A stretch of DNA of 55,216 nucleotides from Nanobdellota archaeon (GTDB taxonomy: Archaea; Nanobdellota; Nanobdellia; Woesearchaeales; GW2011-AR4): assembly GCA_038046385.1 (NCBI GenBank), contig JBBSWH010000012.1, positions 1 through 55,216 on the forward strand. Reading direction: 5' to 3'. Positions 36,901 to 45,900 of this stretch are shown one piece after another; positions within the stretch are counted from its first letter, which is position 1; every line of letters starts with the position of its first letter. The notes under the pieces were generated by a model. That model had not been told where the DNA came from and did not search any database. It saw only the letters and a program-made list of their open reading frames with translations. The translations under genes were made by a program, and so were the position numbers.

Positions 36901-39900
36901 CCTCTATGAATGTCTCGTTGAGGAAATAATTATCCGTTATGGTCAGGAAGAGCGAAACGTTGTTGAAATTGTACACTTCAACAGGAGTCACAGAATCAAG
37001 CGTTATCGAAGGCGCCGTCAGGTCAACAGTCAAATTCCTCGCTTCAGAAGATCCCATATTGCCCCATGTGTCGTTTGCATACACTCTGTAATGGTGCGCT
37101 CCCTCTGCCAGCATCTCCTTCGATATAAAGCAGTTTGCAGACTGGCCGTTCCTTCTCAGGGGCATGGACTCATTCGCATTGTCGAACTCAAGTATGCAAT
37201 CGGCTATAGAATGGCCGTCATATATTGACGTGTTTATGAAAATAGTGTCAGATCCTATCAAAGATCCGTTTGCCGGCGTCGGATTCGTGAAGTTTATCTC
37301 AGGAGCAGCCAAATCAGTGTAGTTTATGCTGACATTCTCGAGATACGGGGTAATATACTTGTCACTTGTTGTTAAAATGGATTTGTACTGGACGTAGCGC
37401 GCCACCGTCTGCACAAGCGGTATTTCAGGAGCATTGTAAATGCCGCTCCAATCGCTCCACATGTTGGAATTGTTGCTTACCCTTGTCTGCAATGTGATGT
37501 TAGTTGATTCTGTCACGTTCACATAAAACTCTCCGGCAGGGTTGTAGGCTGCGTCTGCTGTCCCGCCAGTCATCGCCTTATCTGCGGCAAATCCGGCGCT
37601 TCCTCCGTTAAATGCGGTGCTGCGGTTTATAAAGAACGCCGCCAGGTCGTTTGCAGTGTTGTCAACCGCAAAGCCTAGAATATCTCCGGGCATCAGGCTT
37701 GCCGGCAGCGTATAGGCGAATACAGAGCCGAACGCAACTGGAGGGACCTCATCACCGGTATTTGAAACCATGCTCCTGTTCCTGAAAAACAGGGCGCTGT
37801 CCCCCGCTCCTGTGTCTATTGAGCACCCTACTACATCGCTCATGTTGAAATTGGCAGGTATTGTATTTACCCCGTTGCCTGCCAGGAATGCAATGTCAGC
37901 GCCGAATGTGGAAGCAGCGCTGGAAAAGCTGCCATTGATGAGGGATAGGTATACTAAATTTGTTGCGTCATCGTCAACCGCCACGCATGCAATGTCATCA
38001 TAGCTCCATCCTGCCGGCAAAGTATACCTATTCAATGCCCCTGTAAAGTCAACACTTGAAACTAAATCGGCTTGCGCGCTGTCAACGCCAAAGCTCCCGT
38101 TTCTGTAGAATGCCGCAGCAAGGTTGTCTGCATCATCAACCGCAATTCCCATAACATCGCTTGAATTGGGAAGGGAGGAGCTCCATGAAATATAGCTAAG
38201 GGCTGTGTTGTTTGCTCCTGTGTCAAACACCCTTGATGTGAAATTTCCTGAAAGGTTATATGTTTTGTATGTTTCCATCGTGCTGATTGTCGTGTAATTC
38301 AGCGTAACGTTTGCAGGATTGCCGGATCCTGTAACATTTGCCCTGTAAAGCAAGCCAAGCCCGAAATCCACATCAGTTGTATCGACAAAAGAATGCGGCA
38401 GCAGCGGAGGCGCATCTATTGTTATGTTGTAAAACACAGACTCATTGGTGTTTCCGGCACGATCAGTGCAGTTTATGCGCCAGTCGTAATCGCCGTTATT
38501 CAGGTTAGTCGATATGGAGTTTGAAACATTCTTTGTTATCATGCCAGACACGGAATTGACGCTGCCGTTTATTATAAGCGAGCAGTTTGCGACTGTGAAC
38601 TGGTCGGTAACATTAAAACTGAAAGTAACCAGTGACCTGTTCTCGTACGAATGGTTTGCCGGATTTAAAGGCGTAACTTGCGGGGCAGAATTGTCCACCA
38701 CATACTTGAAATAGCCGTCCGAATCAGTTGAGCGGTTGAACATGTCATACGCTATGACTTTCCAGAACCATTCCCTGTTTACAGCAAGGTTGTCTGTTGC
38801 ATTCAGGCTGTTGTTTGCAGGGCTGCCGGCTAGCATGTACGCAAAATCAGCAGACGAGAAGTCCTCCGAGTTGTCAACCAGTACAGTGTAGTTAAGGAAA
38901 TTTTCATCATACGCTTCTGTCCAGTTCAATGCCGGGCTCTGGTTACTGGATTCTGTGCTGTTTGCAGGCATTGAAAGGTTGAAGTCAGCAGGCGCAAGCA
39001 AATCTATCCTTACTGTAAAATTGGTTGAGTTAAAAGCGTCTCTTTCCAGCAAGTCATAGCACCTTACATTCCATATATAAGTTCCGTCAGATGCGTTCAT
39101 GGCGAGTATTGTGTTTGCTCCCGATACTATTGAGGTGTTCGATATATTTTCCATAAACACTGATGTAAAGTTTCCGTACAGTGTACAGTTTCTTGCATTC
39201 GGCTCAAATGCAGTGAAATTGAAGAATACTGTCGTGTTTGGATAAAGCGTGTTGTTTGCCGGTGCATTGAGCCTTACAACTGGCTCAAGATTGTCCAATA
39301 TTATCTGCCTTGTCTCGGTGCTGTTTTCAAAGCTTACTCTGTCCCTTGCAGTCACATTGTAATAATACCTTCCATCAGCCAGGCTTGTGAAATTGAAGCT
39401 TAAGTTTGCAGGCATATCTTCCGACGTGATATTCGTCTCATTCACCAGCGCAAACTCAGAATTGTACAGATAGAATGTTGCATTTGCAAAATTGGTTTCA
39501 TTTATTGTGACATTTATGAAAGTGTAATTCTGCGCGGCATATGTGTTGTTTGATTCAGTCGGCTCTGTGAAATTTATTCTGAGTATTGTGCTGTCTAGCG
39601 TTATCTTTCTGGTCTCTGTTGAATTTTCCAGCAAAGCCATGTCTCTCGCGGTTACATTGTAATAATAAACCTCATTTGCATTTGCAAGCCTAGAGAAATT
39701 GATGAAGAATGACTGGCTGTCGGCTGTGAAATTTGTTTCGTTCACAAGGTCAAATGAAGAGTTGTAAAGGTAGAAAGTTATGTTTGCGAAATTGCTTTCA
39801 TTTACTGAAACATTGACGAGTATGTAATCACTTACAATGTATGTGTTATTTGGCGCAGTTGGGTTTGTGAAGTTTATCTTCGGTATTCTTGTGTCGATAG

Positions 39901-42900
39901 CAAGCGTGAAATTCGTGGAATTAAAGTTGAAGTTTCCTGCGCTATCGTTACACCCTATGTTCCACTCTATTGTAAGGTCTCCAAACGATCTTACAATGAA
40001 CTCGTCAACGCCGCTTGCAACAGCATAAGTGACTTCCCTCTCTCCAAACATTCCTGTTTCATTCGTGTACAGCGCACAGTCCGAGAGCCCTGCGTCAAAT
40101 GCAGTGTATCCGAACAGGACATTGGAGAACTGGCTGTAAGTCTTGTTTGCAGGCTCATTCAGCCTCACTGCAGGCATCGTGTTGTCAATCCTTATTTGTA
40201 TGGTTGTCGAGTTGAGCAGGCTGTCGCTGTCTGTCGTATTGAGCCTTGCAAAGCAGCTGTCAGAGTCTTCTGCACACTGGCTGAACCCTTCTTGCGTTAT
40301 TGTGTTGAATGAGCAGTTGCTCTCGTTCGTTGCACATATTGTGGAAGGGCTTGCGAAAAGCGGGCTGTCATCATATTCCAAAAGGTACATTGAAATATTC
40401 CTGTCATCAAATGAATCTGAGAAGTTAAAAATTACAATTCCTCTCAAATGTTGCGTATCCTGCGGATAGGTAAATACTGCTTCAGGATGGTCGTTTATTG
40501 TTGCGTTTGGAATCTGCGGCGAGTAGTCATTTGGAGTGTTTGTTCCTTTTGCTTTGCATCTTAACGTAATATTGCTGTTTCCGGAATCAAAGGAAGTCCT
40601 TACTGCAAAGGTTGCATTGCAATCCTGCCCCTGCACGAGGGCGCCGCATGACTTGTTCATCGTGTATCCTGTAAGCTCGCTTGAAAAATTATTTATGTTA
40701 TTCCAAATCCCAAGAGTGGCATCTGCATATTGCGGGAAAATGGTTACATCGCTGCACGGAGCTTGGCTTTCTTCACTGCATGTGGCGTTGCAGGCCATAT
40801 AAAAAGTGTAATTTCTGCCTAAATCAGACTCATTTATGACAAAATCCGAGAGAGGATAAACCAGTGTTGAATTTATGAATATCACTGTCTTTTGCGTCCA
40901 GTTTAAATTTGGACTTTGAGATAGGTTGATGTTGCCTGCAAAATCCTCGGCATAGACTGCAGTCCAGTTTGCAGAGCCTTCTTCTGTTACGAGGCGTGCA
41001 TAGCTCCAAACATTTCCTCCAAACCCGCCGCAGCTGTTAGGATCGGTTGTGTCATTTGTCATGGAAAAATTTGTCAATCCGGAATCCGGCCTGTCTATTT
41101 CTGCATAAACATATTTTATAGATGAGAAAGTGTCGTTAATAGTCACATTAAAGCATATTTTGCTGTTCACCAGAACTTCAGTCATGTTGATGGACTGGTT
41201 TAATATTGTAGGGAAAGTCTTGTCAATCTTTATAACCTGTGTTTCAGAAGCGTTCTGGCTTCCGGCATAATCAGCACACTGCACATTCCAGTTGTATATT
41301 CCGCTGTTAAGGTTTGCAGAGAAGTTTTGATGCGCATTCTCTGTGATGCTGGTATTGGTTACAACTCTAGTATCTGCTGTTATGTTGACAAAGTCAAGCG
41401 TTAAATATATTGTTTCTCCCGGGCCAATTGCCGTAAACCTTGCTTTTATGCCGACTTTCACCTGATTGCTTGTAGTGTTCACGAAGTCCCTTGCATCGCC
41501 GTTTATGTTGAACATTTTTCTTTCTAGGTTTCCATTAGTCCCTTTTGTAGCTGTGTTGTTAAGCGTTCCAAGGCTTACCCATTTATTATTTGAGAAATTG
41601 TACACTGTTAAATTCTGGTGGGCTTCAACAACAGCCCCGCCTAATGGGGCAGTTCCGTCACATTCTGCATCAGCAGCTCCGGTGTGGCAGTATCTTACAT
41701 CAAACAACAAATCTTTGACAATGCTTCTGTCAACATTGCTCAAATTGAAAGTAGTATTTACGCTTGCGTCAACTATTGATTCTCCTGTAGTTCCTACAAA
41801 CCAGATTGAATTGTCATTTGGCTTTGTTATGTTTTCTATGCTTCCTCCGGAGCTTGCAAACGTTCCTGTGAGGCTGCCGTTTGAAACATTTGCATAAGGC
41901 TGGCCTGAAGGAAGGCTCATCAGCAGGCTGCAGTTCTTTGTTCCAAGGAAATCATCGCTTACATTGTAGCTGAACAGCTGTATAATGGAGCTGTTCCATG
42001 TATTGTTCCTTGGCCCTTCAGGGAAAACAACAGGCGGGAAAGGGTCAATATTCACTGTCCTGGTTTCCGTCTGGTTGTTTCTTCCTGCAGAGTCATTTGC
42101 CCAGAAATAGAAGCTGTATGCTCCGCTCAGTCCAGTTTTTGTAAGATTCGTAAATATTTCGGTCCCATAGCCCATTGTCTGGTTTGCAATTGAGTCATTC
42201 AGCGAGAAAATCAGCGTATGCGGATTATTGTCTGAATGGGTAACATTGAATATCTGCGTTGCAGAAGACAAATTTGTGTTGTTCAATGGCGTCGGCTCTG
42301 CAAATGCTACACGCGGATTATTCACATCAATCATTATTGTGAAGTTTGTTGCATTGTATCCGAAATTTCCTGCAGTGTCGTTGCAGAACACATTCCATAC
42401 AAACAGCCCTTCATTGTTTATTGTCGTGTTGAAAAAGCTGGTTATTCCTTCTGAAGGGGACTCTGTCTGGTTTGCCTTCCATATTCCGGAAAAGTTTGTA
42501 AAAAAGGTGCAGAAATTTATGTTTATGTCAGTTGGAATGTAGCTCATCTGCAGCATTCCGCTTGTGTTGTATGTATCATTAAGCGGGCCTGTCAGGCTGA
42601 CTGAAGGGCTTTGTGTGTCTATTGTGAAGTTTACCGTGCTGTTTGCGCTTGAATTTAAGCCGTCTGACAGGCTTACATTCAGGATATAATATCCGTCAGA
42701 GGCGTTGAATGTCGTGTTTACAGAAGATGTCTGATTTAATCTCCCGTTCACATAATACAGTATGCTGATTGCGTCATTGTCAATATCTGCTTCAAAAGTC
42801 ACATTAAGCTGGATAGGCTGCTGGTTTGTGTATAAATCGCTTGCCGGAGCCAATATGGCTGAGTTCGGAATAAAGTTCTGCACAACTGCAAACTGGCTCA

Positions 42901-45900
42901 CATTAACCCATCCTCCAAAATCAAAGCCGTCAAACGGCCTTTCGCTTGCGTTGACAGTGTCGCCCCTGTCGCCATTCCCCGCCAGCGCAAGATTTAATGT
43001 TCCGGATGTTTCTCCTGCAATTTCTGCATTGTTCCTGAACCATATATACTCGGATGTGCCCTGCGGATCATTATCTGCATCAGAATATGCGCAGCCAGAT
43101 TGGTTTATCACGTCGTTGGTAAACGGAGCAGTGTTGTTCAATGTTCCTGCTGAGCAAACAGGAGGGCTGTTTATCACTGTCACTACAAAATCAGTCTGGT
43201 TCTTGCTGTTGTAGCTGTCATTTACAATTAAGGAGAAGTTTATTACATTGCCCTTGCCTAGGAATATAGTAAAATTCTGCGAGCATTTGTCGCTTTGCCC
43301 CGAAACCGATACATTGAAGAACCTTTTTGCGCCATTGGTTTGGTTGTCAATGAACTGGCAGAAGCTTAATTCAGAATTGTCGCTTATATTTGCTGTGAAG
43401 TTTATCACTTCTCCGATTTTAGGGGAAGTATTGTTTATTGAAGAGTTCACCGAGGGTTGTACAAAGTCAAGAGAATAATTTATTGAAATGTTTTCAAGAT
43501 ACGGAGTTATATATTTGTCTCGCGTTGTAAGCACGGCTTTGTACTGTATATACTTCCCTACGTTCCACTCAACTGATTGTGAGCCATCATAATCAATATA
43601 TATGCTGCTCCATGGAGTCCATGCTATTGTGTCATTACTAATCCTAGTCTGCAGCGTTATGTTTGTAGATTCTGTCACGTTCACATAAAACTCTCCGGCA
43701 GGGTTGTAGGCTGCGTCTGCTGTCCCGCCAGTCATCGCCTTATCTGCGGCAAATCCGGCGCTTCCTCCGTTAAATGCGGTGCTGCGGTTTATAAAGAACG
43801 CCGCCAGGTCGTTTGCAGTGTTGTCAACCGCAAAGCCTAGAATATCTCCGGGCATCAGGCTTGCCGGCAGCGTATAGGCGAATACAGAGCCGAACGCAAC
43901 TGGAGGGACCTCATCACCGGTATTTGAAACCATGCTCCTGTTCCTGAAAAACAGGGCGCTGTCCCCCGCTCCTGTGTCTATTGAGCACCCTACTACATCG
44001 CTCATGTTGAAATTGGCAGGTATTGTATTTACCCCGTTGCCTGCCAGGAATGCAATGTCAGCGCCGAATGTGGAAGCAGCGCTGGAAAAGCTGCCATTGA
44101 TGAGGGATAGGTATACTAAATTTGTTGCGTCATCGTCAACCGCCACGCATGCAATGTCATCATAGCTCCATCCTGCCGGCAAAGTATACCTATTCAATGC
44201 CCCTGTAAAGTCAACACTTGAAACTAAATCGGCTTGCGCGCTGTCAACGCCAAAGCTCCCGTTTCTGTAGAATGCCGCAGCAAGGTTGTCTGCATCATCA
44301 ACCGCAATTCCCATAACATCGCTTGAATTTGGCAGCGAGCTTTCCCACGCTATTCTGTCGAAAACAGCATGCCGCTGCGTTGTATTAAATATTCTTGATG
44401 TGAAGTTGCCGCTTAAATTGTAAGCCTTTTGCGTCATCATAGTGCTGATTGTGGTATAATTCAGGGTTACATTTGCTTCATTTCCTATTCCGGATATGTT
44501 AACCTTATCCAGAGTTCCCTGCTTGAAATCTAGGTCCGTGTTGTCAACAAAAACAAGCCCCTGCAGCGCGTAGTTGTTTGCGTATCCTGTAAAGTTTCCG
44601 AAGTCAAATCTCTGCGTGTGCTTTCCTGGCGTCAGTACTTTCACTGTCCACAATGCAGTCTTATTGTCGCAATTGTAGTCCTCGACAAAAACAGACTCGA
44701 TTGGAGTTTCCTGTCCGATTGTATCGTTGATTTTTATTTTCTGCCCGCTTCCATCAATAAGGTAAACATTGCTTTCAATTATGCTGTTGCCGTAATCAAA
44801 CAGAACATTATCGCCGCACTTTAATTCAAGCACATCAAGGTCATTGGCTGTCATAAGACTGTCGGTTTCCTTCTCCGCATAAGTGGTTCCGTTGCTTGCG
44901 CTTATTGTCAGGTTTGCAGTTCCGCTTGTGTTGAACCTAACTGCCCATGTTCCGCCCACTGTCGGATAGCTTTGCAAATCTATAACATTTAATTCAACTT
45001 CAAATGTCTGGTTGCTTAAATGAGGCACAACCCATTCTATCCTTTCTATGAGGCCGTTTCCGTCAGCGTCAATGTAAGTAACATTCCTGAACAGTTCCCT
45101 TTCCCCATTCTTTAGCCAGTAAAGTTTTATCGCAGGTTCTGGCACTTCTGCAATGCTGGTGTAAGCAAGCACATTCTCATAGTGCAAATCTGAAATTATT
45201 TTGACAAGCTTCCTTGAATCGCTTAGTGTTTCCTCTTCCTTTTCGGGGGCTTCTGTGTCAAACTGCACTATTGCTTCCTTTATTTTTTCCCCTATAGTTA
45301 TGTTGGCTTCACTGGAATTTAAGCTGCTCAAATCGCTGGAAGGAGAAGATTCATTGGCTGCAGATTTTAATTTTTCAATTCTGGCTTCAAGCTGGTATTT
45401 TTTGCCGTCATCTTTTTCCCTGGCCAGCTTCCTTCCAATAATTTCAATTTCCCTGCCGGCATCATATTCATCGAGCTTTTTTACCTGTCCCCTATGGCTG
45501 ACTTTGGCTGTTGTTTTGTTTATTTCATATTTTTTTCCGCTGTCAACCTTTTCTATAGTTATGTTAAATGCCTCTTCCGGTACGCTTATGCTTGCGTTCT
45601 CCTTTTCGTTTTCAAATGAAACCTGCTTCAGCCACTTAACCGGCTTGCCTATTTCAGCTTCAAGCTGCGTAATATTGTTTTCAAATCCTGATTTCTCAAC
45701 TCTTACTTCAAATATGTTTGACGACACAGGCGATTCAGAGTCATTTGCAGTTATGAACATGTAAGCAGTTCCAACGAAATCAGTTCCGGGAGTTATATCC
45801 ATCATTTCGCCGCTTATTGCAACAGAAATATTTTCCGCGCTCTTGTAATAGCCGTATTCCAGCAGGTCGTTTTCCGGATCCTGGAAGTAATTGCTTAGGT

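Noticed and set aside
37506-44329. The duplication as a diversity-generating retroelement TR/VR pair
   Set aside because: The copies are identical with no adenine-specific mismatches, both are in-frame coding and far longer than a typical TR, and no reverse transcriptase is in the window.
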